Of a stretch of DNA of 64,000 nt, positions 37,110 through 46,838 are shown in pieces. The notes below the pieces were generated by a model that was not told where the DNA came from, searched no databases, and was given only the letters and a program-made list of their open reading frames with translations. The stretch is from an uncultured Candidatus Peribacteria bacterium (lineage in GTDB: Bacteria; Patescibacteriota; Gracilibacteria; UBA1369; 2-02-FULL-48-14). Each line of letters begins with the position of its first letter. The stretch's first letter is position 1. Made by a program: the position numbers and the translations under genes. Location: NCBI GenBank assembly GCA_964360635.1, contig CAYHXO010000008.1:2772-66771 (forward strand), written 5' to 3'.

Positions 37110-38010
37110 AGTTTTAATCACAGGTGGCAACGGATTTCTTGGAAAAAATATTATCCCAATACTTCTAGATGCAGGTTTTGACATCACAAATCTATCATTG
37201 CATCCGTATGAGAATACTAACGTAAAAAATATTCATTTTGATGCTTTCAAAGATGAGCCATCAGAAGTTTTAAGAAGCACGGATTTTGATTTTGTGATTC
37301 ATTTGGCTGCATATGCCAGTCCTAAACTTGCTGATGATTTTGATAAAACAATTGAATTAAATGTTCTTCTCACTGAAAAACTTTTGAAAGTTGCAAGTAC
37401 ATTTATATCACTCAAAAAATTCCTATTTTTCTCTTCAGCAACGACATATTCAGATGAAGCAGCTCGTCCATTAAAAGAAGATTCCGAGCAAAAAGCACAT
37501 GAAGGTGACAATTATGCATATTCAAAAATTGAAGCAGAAAAAACCTGTAAAATCTATATGTCACATGGAGTACCGGTGAAGATACTTCGTATAACTAACT
37601 GTTTTGGCCCCAATCAAAATTGGAAGGATAGGCCCAATTTAATCCCACAAATTATTAAAGAGGCAATTTTAGATAAGAAAATCACAATTTTGAACGGAAA
37701 TCACACACGGGATTTTTTATATGCCAAAGATTTAGCAAGAATTATAAGATTATGCCTTGAAGATAAGCAAAATTTCGATATCCTAAACATTGCTAGTGGC
37801 AATTTACATGAAGTAGGTCAGATTGCGGAAATAATTGCAAAAGAACTGAATGTGCAGGTTGAAGATCAAAAAAAAGAAATTAACAGGTCAAAAGATCTAA
37901 CCCTAGATACGACTCAATTTAAAAAATTATTTCCTGGATTCATGTTTACACCATTAGAAAAAGCGCTTAAAGAAACTCTGGAATCATATATCACTGAAAT
38001 TGGCGAATGA
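37102..38010 (+). CDS. SDR epimerase/reductase (ColC / GDP-fucose-synthase-like)
   Basis: 302 aa. VLITGGNGFLGKN and YAYSKIEAEK. 8-nt overlap with the ColD-like gene. Confidence 0.5.
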   Translation: MPKVLITGGNGFLGKNIIPILLDAGFDITNLSLHPYENTNVKNIHFDAFKDEPSEVLRSTDFDFVIHLAAYASPKLADDFDKTIELNVLLTEKLLKVASTFISLKKFLFFSSATTYSDEAARPLKEDSEQKAHEGDNYAYSKIEAEKTCKIYMSHGVPVKILRITNCFGPNQNWKDRPNLIPQIIKEAILDKKITILNGNHTRDFLYAKDLARIIRLCLEDKQNFDILNIASGNLHEVGQIAEIIAKELNVQVEDQKKEINRSKDLTLDTTQFKKLFPGFMFTPLEKALKETLESYITEIGE

Positions 38011-38726
38011 AAAAATCTTTGATAGTTATACCAACCAAAAATGAGAAGGATAATATAGCTTTAATGATTAAAAGTGTGCTTAAAAATATGCCTCAAGCTA
38101 CGGTTCTTATTGTCGACGATAACTCCAAAGATAAAACCGCAGACGAAGTAAGAAAATTTGCAAAAGACAAACGCGTAAAATTAATTATAAGGAAAGGAAG
38201 GAAAGGGAGAGGTGGAGCAGTTTTAGAAGGTTTTAGATGGGGACTTTTAAAAGGCGACTTCAATTATTTTTTTGAAATGGACGCAGATTTTTCACATGAT
38301 CCAAAGGATCTTCCAAGACTTCTTGAGGAAGTTCAGAAAGGGTATGACATGGTTATTGGGTCACGTTATTTGCCTAAAAGCGAAATACAAAACTGGGGCG
38401 TCAAACGCACCATATTCAGTAAATTGGCAAATATATATGCAAGGTGTTTTTTGGGCATACCAATCAGTGATTATACAAATGGATATAGAATATTTACAAA
38501 AGAAGCAGTGGAATCAATCAATTTGAAACAAATAGATGCAAAGGGATATATCGTTTTGAGTCATGTGTCTTATCAACTGCATCTTAAAAGGAAAAAAATT
38601 GGTGAAATCCCAATTATTTTTGTAAATAGAGTTCGTGGCACTTCCAATTTACATCTCAAGGAGATATTATCAGCCTTTTCAGGTATACTTATTTTAAGAT
38701 TAAAAAAACATAAATTATTAAAATAA
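38007..38726 (+). CDS. GT2 polyprenyl-phosphate sugar synthase (DPM1/Ppm1-like, soluble form)
   Basis: 239 aa. LIVIPTKNEKDNI, LIVDDNSKDKT, EMDADFSHDP, IGSRY. No TM helices. Confidence 0.8.
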   Translation: MKKSLIVIPTKNEKDNIALMIKSVLKNMPQATVLIVDDNSKDKTADEVRKFAKDKRVKLIIRKGRKGRGGAVLEGFRWGLLKGDFNYFFEMDADFSHDPKDLPRLLEEVQKGYDMVIGSRYLPKSEIQNWGVKRTIFSKLANIYARCFLGIPISDYTNGYRIFTKEAVESINLKQIDAKGYIVLSHVSYQLHLKRKKIGEIPIIFVNRVRGTSNLHLKEILSAFSGILILRLKKHKLLK

Positions 38727-38733
38727 TTAGAAT

Positions 38734-40563
38734 ATGTGTGGCATAAACGGATTTAATTTTAATGATAAAGACCTCATACTCAAGATGATAGATGCAACCC
38801 ATCATCGGGGGCCTGATCAGGAAGGCTATTGTTTGTATGATGAAATGTCAATTGGGCACACGAGGCTATCAATTATTGATTTATCTGAAAATGGTAAACA
38901 ACCTATGTATAGTGAGGATAAATCTTTAAGTATTGTATTCAATGGTGAAATTTATAATTACATCAAGCTCCGAGAAATTTTAAAAAATAAAGGTCATAGC
39001 TTTAGAACAAAAACTGATACTGAAGTAATTTTAAAGGCATTCATGGAATACGGTGAGGATTGTGTTAATCATTTTAATGGAATATTTGCATTTGCAATCT
39101 ATGATAGGAATGATAATTCTCTTTTTCTTGCCAGGGATCATATTGGAGTAAAGCCACTATATTTTTTTTGGGATGGCAAAAAATTCATTTTTTCATCCGA
39201 AATTAAAGCAATTTTATGTCATGAAATTACAAGAAAGGTTAATAAGCATGCACTTCCATTGTACTTTGACATGAATTATATCCCAGCGCCTCATACAATT
39301 TGGGAGAATATTTATAAACTACCCGCAGCCAGTACATTAAAGTTGAAGAATAATACTCTTTCTCAACGTAAATACTGGCAATTAAGCGAAGGATCAATGA
39401 TTCATTCAAAAACTGAAATAAAAACTGAAATCTTAGATCTATTCAAAGATTCAGTTAAAGGCCAAATGATTTCAGATAGACCAATAGGTATTTTTTTAAG
39501 TGGTGGTATTGACTCTACTGCAATGCTAGCTGTAGCAAGTCAATTTTCAAATGGAAAAATCACAACATTTTCATCAGGCTATGGTGGGACTAATATACAA
39601 AAAAAATATAATGTTGACTTGGACATTGCAAAACAAGTATCAAAGTATTTTGATACTGATCATCATGAACTGATAATCACTGGCAAGATGGCATTAGCAA
39701 ATTTAGAAAGGGTAATTTTTCAAATGGATGAACCAAATTCAAATCCTACACAAATATCAACCTACCTATTATCTGAATTTGCAAAAAAAAAGGTCGCTGT
39801 TTCTCTTACAGGAGATGGTGGAGATGAGATATTTGGAGGATACGAACACTATTACTCAATCCGTAGATTGAGATACCTCAGTTACATGCCAGAAATATTA
39901 CATCCAATGATTACTAACTACATTAATAAAAATTCAATTTCAACTTTATCAGATTTAAAGAGTCCAACAGATCGTTATTTGCACTTTTGGAAAAACTCTC
40001 AATCAGAGTTAAAGAAGATTCTTAATCCATGTATTTTGAATACAAATATGACCAATAATTTCTTTTATAATCAAAATTTGTTTGAACACAACATAAAGGA
40101 TTCTGAAAATGAAGTAATGCGTGCTGATATAAAAACATGGCTTGTGGATGAGTCATTGATGAGGGCAGATAAAATGTCTATGGCATTTGGCCTAGAGCTA
40201 AGACTGCCATTCCTAGACTATAAATTAGTTGAATTTGCACAGAAGATACCTTCCAAATTTAAACTAAGAAACAAGACACAGGGCAAATCAATTTTTATTC
40301 AAGCTATTAGAGATATCATTCCATCTTATGTATTAGATAAGCCAAAACATGGGTGGGTCTCTCCAGCAGCAAAATGGATTAGTAGTGATTTAAAGGAGTT
40401 TTTCTATGATACATTATCTTATGCTAATTTAGATCGGGAAGTGTTTAATCCAGAGGAAGTTATGAAAATGCTAGATGACCATGTTAGTGGGAAAAAATAC
40501 AATCTAACATTATTATGGGCAATAATGACTTACCAAGTATGGAAAAAAACAAACAAAGTATAG
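38734..40563 (+). CDS. AsnB-family glutamine-dependent amidotransferase, copy 2
   Basis: 609 aa. MCGINGF, GEIYNY, KTDTEVIL, PP-loop FLSGGIDSTAML. Confidence 0.85.
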   Translation: MCGINGFNFNDKDLILKMIDATHHRGPDQEGYCLYDEMSIGHTRLSIIDLSENGKQPMYSEDKSLSIVFNGEIYNYIKLREILKNKGHSFRTKTDTEVILKAFMEYGEDCVNHFNGIFAFAIYDRNDNSLFLARDHIGVKPLYFFWDGKKFIFSSEIKAILCHEITRKVNKHALPLYFDMNYIPAPHTIWENIYKLPAASTLKLKNNTLSQRKYWQLSEGSMIHSKTEIKTEILDLFKDSVKGQMISDRPIGIFLSGGIDSTAMLAVASQFSNGKITTFSSGYGGTNIQKKYNVDLDIAKQVSKYFDTDHHELIITGKMALANLERVIFQMDEPNSNPTQISTYLLSEFAKKKVAVSLTGDGGDEIFGGYEHYYSIRRLRYLSYMPEILHPMITNYINKNSISTLSDLKSPTDRYLHFWKNSQSELKKILNPCILNTNMTNNFFYNQNLFEHNIKDSENEVMRADIKTWLVDESLMRADKMSMAFGLELRLPFLDYKLVEFAQKIPSKFKLRNKTQGKSIFIQAIRDIIPSYVLDKPKHGWVSPAAKWISSDLKEFFYDTLSYANLDREVFNPEEVMKMLDDHVSGKKYNLTLLWAIMTYQVWKKTNKV

Positions 40564-40565
40564 TC

Positions 40566-42551
40566 ATGGCAGGTGGTTTTTTTCTATGGCTAATGGCAGC
40601 TATACTTTGGAACATTGACTCCATTTTTGTCTCTTTTGTTTTTCTACCTTTTTTTGTTTTTGTACCGGGGTATTTTTTTTTAAAACTACTGTGGCATGGT
40701 AGTGAAAAGTTGACTCAACTTGAAGGAATTATATTAAGTATAGGATTGAGCTTTATACTTTCATATCCAGCAGGGTTAATTAATAACCTGTTTGAATTTT
40801 TAATGAATCAGGAGCCTTTCCAGGTACATAGAGACTCTCTAATCTTGATATATGGGGTTTTTACTATGCTACTAATTCTGCTTACTAAAAAAAAACAAGC
40901 TCCTTTTGAAATTATTATAAATAAAAAGAATAGAAGAGAAATCAGCATTGTATCTTGTCTTTTAATTTTAGCTTTTATTTTTTCAATAATTGGTTTAAAA
41001 CTCCAAAATATTAATACAGATGAACAGCAATTATCATTGTATTCATATCACTTAATAGACGGAATATTTGCAGGTAGGAAAGCTTTTTTCATTAGCACTT
41101 CAATTCATTCTCCACTCGGATTTTTCATTGCACATGTTATTTATCAAATTTTTGAACCTTTCGGCTATCAAAACATGAATGAGTTAGTATTAAGGCTACC
41201 GATGATATTTTTTGGTCTTTTTGAATTGATGATGTTTTATATGTTTGCAAAAAAAATCAGACTACCATCGATCATTACTTATTTGGCATTTTTAATTATT
41301 GCTATTAATTCTTATCATATTTTTGGAAGTCGACTTATGATTCCTCAGGACGGAAGCATATTGTCATCATATATTTTAATATTTTCATATTTTTTAATTG
41401 TGTTTCTGGAGGGAAATAATAGTAAAGTGAATTATTCTCGGCTAAGCATATTAGGGTTATTACTAGCTGCAATTTTTTATATTAAACTCACTGCCATATT
41501 ATTAATTCCAGTCATTTTTATTTTTTGGTTATTTAAAAAGAAATCAGTACTACAGCTAATAAATTTAAATATACTGGTATTTGTAATATTTTCTCCTGTA
41601 ATTTTATTCAACTTAATAGCTTATTTTAAAATAGGTTATATGGATGTCGCATTTTCTAAATTAGCAAACATTGTAGGAATTCCTGCAAGATCCATAATGA
41701 GTGAGAATGGTACGATATATTCAGATCAATTGAATTCATTTTCAGATACTTCATTAGGATATTTAAGTATACTAATCGATCAGTGGTCGTTTAGCTTTAG
41801 CATTTTTGCTTTCTTTGGAATAATCTGTTTCCTAGTATCAAATCAATCTGACAAAAAAAATGATCAATATGGATATTATTTCCTTAGTCTTTTCTCGATT
41901 TCAGTTTTATTTTTTTCATTAAATGGATATAGAGCTTACTATAGTGAATTTCTTACTGTACCAATTATGCTTGTATCAATTATGGGATTAATGAAACATA
42001 TAGATATAAACAAAAAATTAGGATATTTGTTTACTATATCCTTACTTGCGATTTCTTTATTAGGATCAACATTGTCTACCATAAATACACATTGGTTTGT
42101 TATAGAAATACCACCTGGATTAAGTCGTGATGATATCAATACTAGATATCTACTGAATGAGTTAAGCTGGAATCAGTCTTTATCATCTACAAGTTTTCTT
42201 TCTGACGAGGGATTCTCTATTCTTAAAGAAAGGCTAAAAGATGAGAATCAATCATTGATTATTGAAAATGTTTTATTGGATGATTATCTACACCATTTTC
42301 GTTGGTATCTACATATCAATAGAGATGTAGAAAAGTATTACTTAGGCAGTGATTATAAAGATGATTATAAATATATTCGCCTATCTGAAGCTAATGGAGT
42401 GAATGGCATTTATATTTATAAATACAATGAAAATATTCTTCAAGTTGGAGATGAATTGCTTAAGAATCATAACGGCGAGCCAAAAATGATTATTAGATAT
42501 CTAAAAAGGCAAGAATCTCTTTTGCCCGCTCCTTCCATGAATACTTTTTAG
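40566..42551 (+). CDS. Large polytopic membrane protein, putative GT-C-fold (ArnT/PMT-like) glycosyltransferase
   Basis: 661 aa from MAGGFF. The track ORF starts at 40515, inside the upstream gene. Many hydrophobic segments, loop motif NINTDEQQLSLYSYHLIDG, and a soluble C-terminal domain. The GT-C call is inference. Confidence 0.5.
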   Translation: MAGGFFLWLMAAILWNIDSIFVSFVFLPFFVFVPGYFFLKLLWHGSEKLTQLEGIILSIGLSFILSYPAGLINNLFEFLMNQEPFQVHRDSLILIYGVFTMLLILLTKKKQAPFEIIINKKNRREISIVSCLLILAFIFSIIGLKLQNINTDEQQLSLYSYHLIDGIFAGRKAFFISTSIHSPLGFFIAHVIYQIFEPFGYQNMNELVLRLPMIFFGLFELMMFYMFAKKIRLPSIITYLAFLIIAINSYHIFGSRLMIPQDGSILSSYILIFSYFLIVFLEGNNSKVNYSRLSILGLLLAAIFYIKLTAILLIPVIFIFWLFKKKSVLQLINLNILVFVIFSPVILFNLIAYFKIGYMDVAFSKLANIVGIPARSIMSENGTIYSDQLNSFSDTSLGYLSILIDQWSFSFSIFAFFGIICFLVSNQSDKKNDQYGYYFLSLFSISVLFFSLNGYRAYYSEFLTVPIMLVSIMGLMKHIDINKKLGYLFTISLLAISLLGSTLSTINTHWFVIEIPPGLSRDDINTRYLLNELSWNQSLSSTSFLSDEGFSILKERLKDENQSLIIENVLLDDYLHHFRWYLHINRDVEKYYLGSDYKDDYKYIRLSEANGVNGIYIYKYNENILQVGDELLKNHNGEPKMIIRYLKRQESLLPAPSMNTF

Positions 42552-43572
42552 CTACACGCGCAGCGTGCTGTCCCCTTTCTTCCTTTGAATTCAATGCTTC
42601 AATTATTTTTTTACGTAAATCCTTCACATCATCCGCTTTAAAAAACCACGCCATTTTTTCATTTAAAATTGCTTTTATTGCTGGGACATCACTTGCCAGT
42701 ATTTTCTTTCCACTGGCCATATATTCAAATAATTTTAATGGGGAAGTATCTTCGGAAAATGCTTTATCTTTTGCACTATTTGGAATCACTAAAAGATCAG
42801 CATTAGCAATATATTTAGGTACATCTGAATGTTTTACATAAGATATAACCTTAGAGTTTTGAGCAATTTTTTCTAGATGTTTAAAGTCAGGCTCATTTTT
42901 ATTCCCACCCAAAAAAATACAATTTACACCCTTAAGATCTTCACATGCTTTTGCCAAAGTAAAAACACCTTTTTCTTTATATGGTGAACCGGTGTAAAGG
43001 ACATTTTTATGAGCACTACTCTTTTTTAAATTACTAAATAATTCAATATCAACTCCATCATTTGCAATCAAAATTTCACCACTATAAATTCGTTCATATT
43101 TTTTTGCTAAAGCCTGACTAATACAAACTAAACCTCTTGCCCGTCTCAGGAAAATTTGTTGAATTAACCTGCCAATTAAGGTTTTTGGAAATGTATGTGC
43201 TTCAAAAAACCATTTTCCTCTATATCCTATTAATGGCATAAAAGTTCTCGAGTAAATCACATAATTTTTATATTTCAAACGTCTTAGTATAAATGAAACT
43301 GCAAAAGTAAAACTTTGTAAAAAATATGCAAAAGTTCTAGGCACAAAATGACTAAGCAGCAAATCTACATTCCAAATTCTTTTAACACTAATTTCCTGCT
43401 TCAAGCCATAAAATTCTTTCGCTCCATCAATTTTCACAGGTTGTTTGCGATTTGGTACAATAAGTAAAACATCTGCTCTTTCTTGCATAAAAGCCTCACA
43501 CATTTTCGCAATTTGCAGTCCATGTGCCTTTTCTGTTGGAAATCTATTGTTGCTTAAATAAAGAATTTTCAT
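42493..43572 (-). CDS. GT4 glycosyltransferase
   Basis: I moved the start to MKILYLSNNRFP, which gives an ATGA overlap with the upstream stop. SPLKLFEYMASGKKILASDVP. Confidence 0.75.
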   Translation of the reverse strand: MKILYLSNNRFPTEKAHGLQIAKMCEAFMQERADVLLIVPNRKQPVKIDGAKEFYGLKQEISVKRIWNVDLLLSHFVPRTFAYFLQSFTFAVSFILRRLKYKNYVIYSRTFMPLIGYRGKWFFEAHTFPKTLIGRLIQQIFLRRARGLVCISQALAKKYERIYSGEILIANDGVDIELFSNLKKSSAHKNVLYTGSPYKEKGVFTLAKACEDLKGVNCIFLGGNKNEPDFKHLEKIAQNSKVISYVKHSDVPKYIANADLLVIPNSAKDKAFSEDTSPLKLFEYMASGKKILASDVPAIKAILNEKMAWFFKADDVKDLRKKIIEALNSKEERGQHAARVAKKYSWKERAKEILAFLDI

Positions 43573-44288
43573 TGTTTTTCTGCAACAATGCAAATGTAAG
43601 TTCCCATTTTTGTAAATGGCCAAAAATGCAAAGGTGGATTTTTAAATGCTTGAGGAATATATGGCAGAGCCAAGTTTCTTGTCGTCATCTCTGTAACTTT
43701 CAAATTATTCATAGCCAAAATATTGCATAGTGAGAGTGGTTCCCAAAACATCTTATGGTCATCATTTCCCAAAAAACTCCTATAATTGCTTCTCGCATGT
43801 GCCTCACCTGAAAACATCCAATGTTTCAACCAGTGTAGGTAACCATAACAGCAGGGCGTTGTAATGATAAATTTACCACCTTTTTGCAATACTCTGGAGA
43901 TTTCAGCAAAACCTTTCACGGAATCTAGAACATGCTCAATTACTTCAAGTAGAATCACAGTATCAAAAGATTCATTCTCATAGGGCATTTCGAGAAATGA
44001 ACCAACTGTTGAATTAGGAAAATTATATTTCTTTAACAATTCTTCATTTGTATCAATCCCTGCCATGAAAGAATCCGGATACTTTGCCCTAAGCAACCTA
44101 TGTAAATCAGCATCCTTTTCTTCTTCTCCAACGAAACCAATATCAAGAATTCGCTTTCCTAAGCCTTTTTCTAGCACCCATTCAATTCTTCTGTTTGGCA
44201 TAAACTTATATAGAATCACGCCGATTATATATGTATAATCGGCAACATGAAACAGCATTGGGAAAAGATTCCGCTTAGCTTTAGACAA
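43569..44288 (-). CDS. SAM methyltransferase
   Basis: 239 aa. ILDIGFVGEE and VILLEVIEHV. The true start may be an internal Met (about 44201) because the track ORF overlaps the divergent GtrA-family gene. Confidence 0.6.
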   Translation of the reverse strand: MSKAKRNLFPMLFHVADYTYIIGVILYKFMPNRRIEWVLEKGLGKRILDIGFVGEEEKDADLHRLLRAKYPDSFMAGIDTNEELLKKYNFPNSTVGSFLEMPYENESFDTVILLEVIEHVLDSVKGFAEISRVLQKGGKFIITTPCCYGYLHWLKHWMFSGEAHARSNYRSFLGNDDHKMFWEPLSLCNILAMNNLKVTEMTTRNLALPYIPQAFKNPPLHFWPFTKMGTYICIVAEKQ

Positions 44289-44660
44289 TTCATAAAATTT
44301 TGTATTGTTGGTGTTATTAATACCGCAATAGATACACTTACTTATTATTTCTTCACGAGATTTTTAAATGTATTTTATCTGACGGCAAATGTTTTTGCCT
44401 TTATCATTTCAACCGCAAATAGCTACTATCTAAATAGAAATTTTACTTTTCAAAGTGTTCATGAAAAGAAGAAGCTTGAGTACGGTAAATTTATTGGCAT
44501 CCAACTCGTAGGCTTGGCAATAACAGAAGTAATATTGTATCTTTTCGTTACTTATTTCGGCCAAGAACACGATATAATTGGCAAGCTTTCAGCAGTAGTC
44601 GTAGTACTTTTCTGGAACTTTTTCGGCAGTAAATTTTTTGTCTTTAAAATAAAGAAATAA
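44247..44660 (+). CDS. GtrA-family small membrane protein
   Basis: 137 aa. FIKFCIVGVINTAIDTLTYYFF and about 4 TM helices. Confidence 0.7.
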   Translation: MKQHWEKIPLSFRQFIKFCIVGVINTAIDTLTYYFFTRFLNVFYLTANVFAFIISTANSYYLNRNFTFQSVHEKKKLEYGKFIGIQLVGLAITEVILYLFVTYFGQEHDIIGKLSAVVVVLFWNFFGSKFFVFKIKK

Positions 44661-45720
44661 ACTGTTTTAATACCCGTTCTTTACTAAAAAACTCCACCCT
44701 TTTAAGGCCATCTTTTTTCAAATCCTCAAAAATTCGCACTGAACTTAAAATTTCTAAACATTTCTCTGCACCTTCTTTAGGATTTTCATACTCAAAACTA
44801 AATTTTTTCTGCTTCGGACTTAAAATCGCCTCTGCTCCCAAAGTTTTTGTTGAAACTACAGGTAATCCTGCTGCCATTGCCTCAATTATTACCCTACCGA
44901 ACTCTTCTTCCCTAGAGGGATTTATAAATATATCAGCACGCTTAAAATATGAAGAAATATCTTTATTTGGAACCGCTCCAGGCATTTCAACGATTAATTT
45001 TCTACGCTTAAATTCATTCTTTAATAGTATAGAGTCCGGGCCTTCACCTACAACAATAAATTTTGCGTCTTTCATTTTACTCGAAATTTCAGAAAATATT
45101 TCAGGTAAAATTCGTGTTCCCTTCCTTTCTGAAAGCCAATGTAAAAATAAAATAGTTTTACCTGGTTTCCTATTTTCAACCCTTAATTTTTCAGTATTAA
45201 CCCAATTTGGCATGACAGAAATTTTTCCAGATCGAATTGCAAATTCTTTAGAATAATATTTACTCATTTGTTCAGAGCAGGTAACTAGCCTTGAACAAAT
45301 TTTCAAAACAATTCTGAACGGCCAGTCTTTACTTAACTTTGCAGGTAAATTACAAAGACTACAGGCAACTTCATATTCTTTCCGCATTTCACAATGCCAA
45401 AAATAAAGTTTGCCAAAACTCAACCTGCAAATGAAAGCTGCAATCATTGCGCTCAAATATGCATAATGAGAATAGAAATTTCTATAGCCAGAAATTCTAG
45501 CAAAAGAAAAAATAAAAAACCGTTCAACTATTCTCAATGGCAAAAAATTAAATTTTCCAACATAAATATTCTGTATATTCGATTTAAATTTTTCACCCTT
45601 TTCAATAAATAAAAAAACCTCCATTTCTTTAGAAACCTCTTCTAAAAGTTCAATATTATACCTGAAGTGAGTCGAGGTATTCTTTGAATATTCAGGCAAG
45701 ATATAGAATAGTTTTTTCAT
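44644..45720 (-). CDS. GT4 glycosyltransferase
   Basis: 358 aa. EEFGRVIIEAMAAGLPVVST. ATGA overlap with the upstream gene. Confidence 0.7.
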   Translation of the reverse strand: MKKLFYILPEYSKNTSTHFRYNIELLEEVSKEMEVFLFIEKGEKFKSNIQNIYVGKFNFLPLRIVERFFIFSFARISGYRNFYSHYAYLSAMIAAFICRLSFGKLYFWHCEMRKEYEVACSLCNLPAKLSKDWPFRIVLKICSRLVTCSEQMSKYYSKEFAIRSGKISVMPNWVNTEKLRVENRKPGKTILFLHWLSERKGTRILPEIFSEISSKMKDAKFIVVGEGPDSILLKNEFKRRKLIVEMPGAVPNKDISSYFKRADIFINPSREEEFGRVIIEAMAAGLPVVSTKTLGAEAILSPKQKKFSFEYENPKEGAEKCLEILSSVRIFEDLKKDGLKRVEFFSKERVLKQFISLF

Positions 45721-46838
45721 AGGCTTAAGTAAGTTTTCGCATAATTTTTAATCGCCTTATGATATTCAAAAACTTGCACTGTGTGGGAGCCTTCAAGTCC
45801 TATTTTTCCCATCTTAGCCGGGTTCTTCAACACAATCTCCATTTTTTCTGCAATCTCCTCTGCAGTCCATCCAATTTCAATTGAATTCTTTCCGTTCATA
45901 ACTTCCTTCATGATACCAACCGGAGTTGATAAAACCGCTGTCTCACATGCCATTGCTTCAAGTGTCACTCTTGGCCCACCTTCAGAGAAGGAAGGCATAA
46001 TTAAGGCTGCTGATTCACAATAAATCTTTGCTAAATCTTCATGTTTTGCTAACCATCCCAATATTTCAACATTCAAGTTCTTAGTCATTTTCTTAACTTT
46101 ATTCAATAATGTACCGTCACCAATCATTTTTAATTTTGCATCAGGAAATTTTGCAGAAATTTTCTTAAAAGCATCAAGCAATGCAAAAATATTTTTATTT
46201 GTTTCAAAGCGTCCGGAGTAAACAAACTGCGCAGGATTACGCTTAATTTTTCTTGCTTTGAAAATTTCAAAATTAACATAAAAGGCAGGAATATAAATTA
46301 ATTTATTCTCTGAAACTCCTAAATCTAAAATAAACTTTTTAGTCTCCCCAGAATTAATAATACGAATTTTATCAAATTGCTGCCAGTTTTTCTTTAAGAA
46401 ATTTCCCATAATTTTCTTCTCCAAAAATTCACGCCCTCCACTTGCTTTTGGGTACCCTGGGATATGCATCACTTCGGCATAGTGCGGAATACCGAGCTTA
46501 CTTGCAATCTTAATCCCAGCTTTGGTTCCAGGAAAAAATGGTGGAATCACATGCGAAATAACAAAATCCAATTTATGCTTTTTATTTATTTCCATCGCGC
46601 GTTTTACGGCGAATTCTTGATGTCTAAAAAAATCCCCCCTTAAAACCCTACTCAAATTATTCGGATGTATATGCACATTGCCATGAATAGTAAAACTTTT
46701 ACCTATTCCATTTGAACCTGTAATTATATCTATATTTTTAAAATACTTTGAAAATTCCTTTAGCATTTCGAAAAAAATATTATGCTTGCCATGAGCGATT
46801 CCACTATCGCCACTAATCATCAAAATATTTTTTTTCAT
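45717..46838 (-). CDS. GT4 glycosyltransferase
   Basis: I moved the start to MKKNILMISG, which gives an ATGA overlap. EGGPRVTLEAMACETAVLSTPVG. Confidence 0.75.
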   Translation of the reverse strand: MKKNILMISGDSGIAHGKHNIFFEMLKEFSKYFKNIDIITGSNGIGKSFTIHGNVHIHPNNLSRVLRGDFFRHQEFAVKRAMEINKKHKLDFVISHVIPPFFPGTKAGIKIASKLGIPHYAEVMHIPGYPKASGGREFLEKKIMGNFLKKNWQQFDKIRIINSGETKKFILDLGVSENKLIYIPAFYVNFEIFKARKIKRNPAQFVYSGRFETNKNIFALLDAFKKISAKFPDAKLKMIGDGTLLNKVKKMTKNLNVEILGWLAKHEDLAKIYCESAALIMPSFSEGGPRVTLEAMACETAVLSTPVGIMKEVMNGKNSIEIGWTAEEIAEKMEIVLKNPAKMGKIGLEGSHTVQVFEYHKAIKNYAKTYLSL

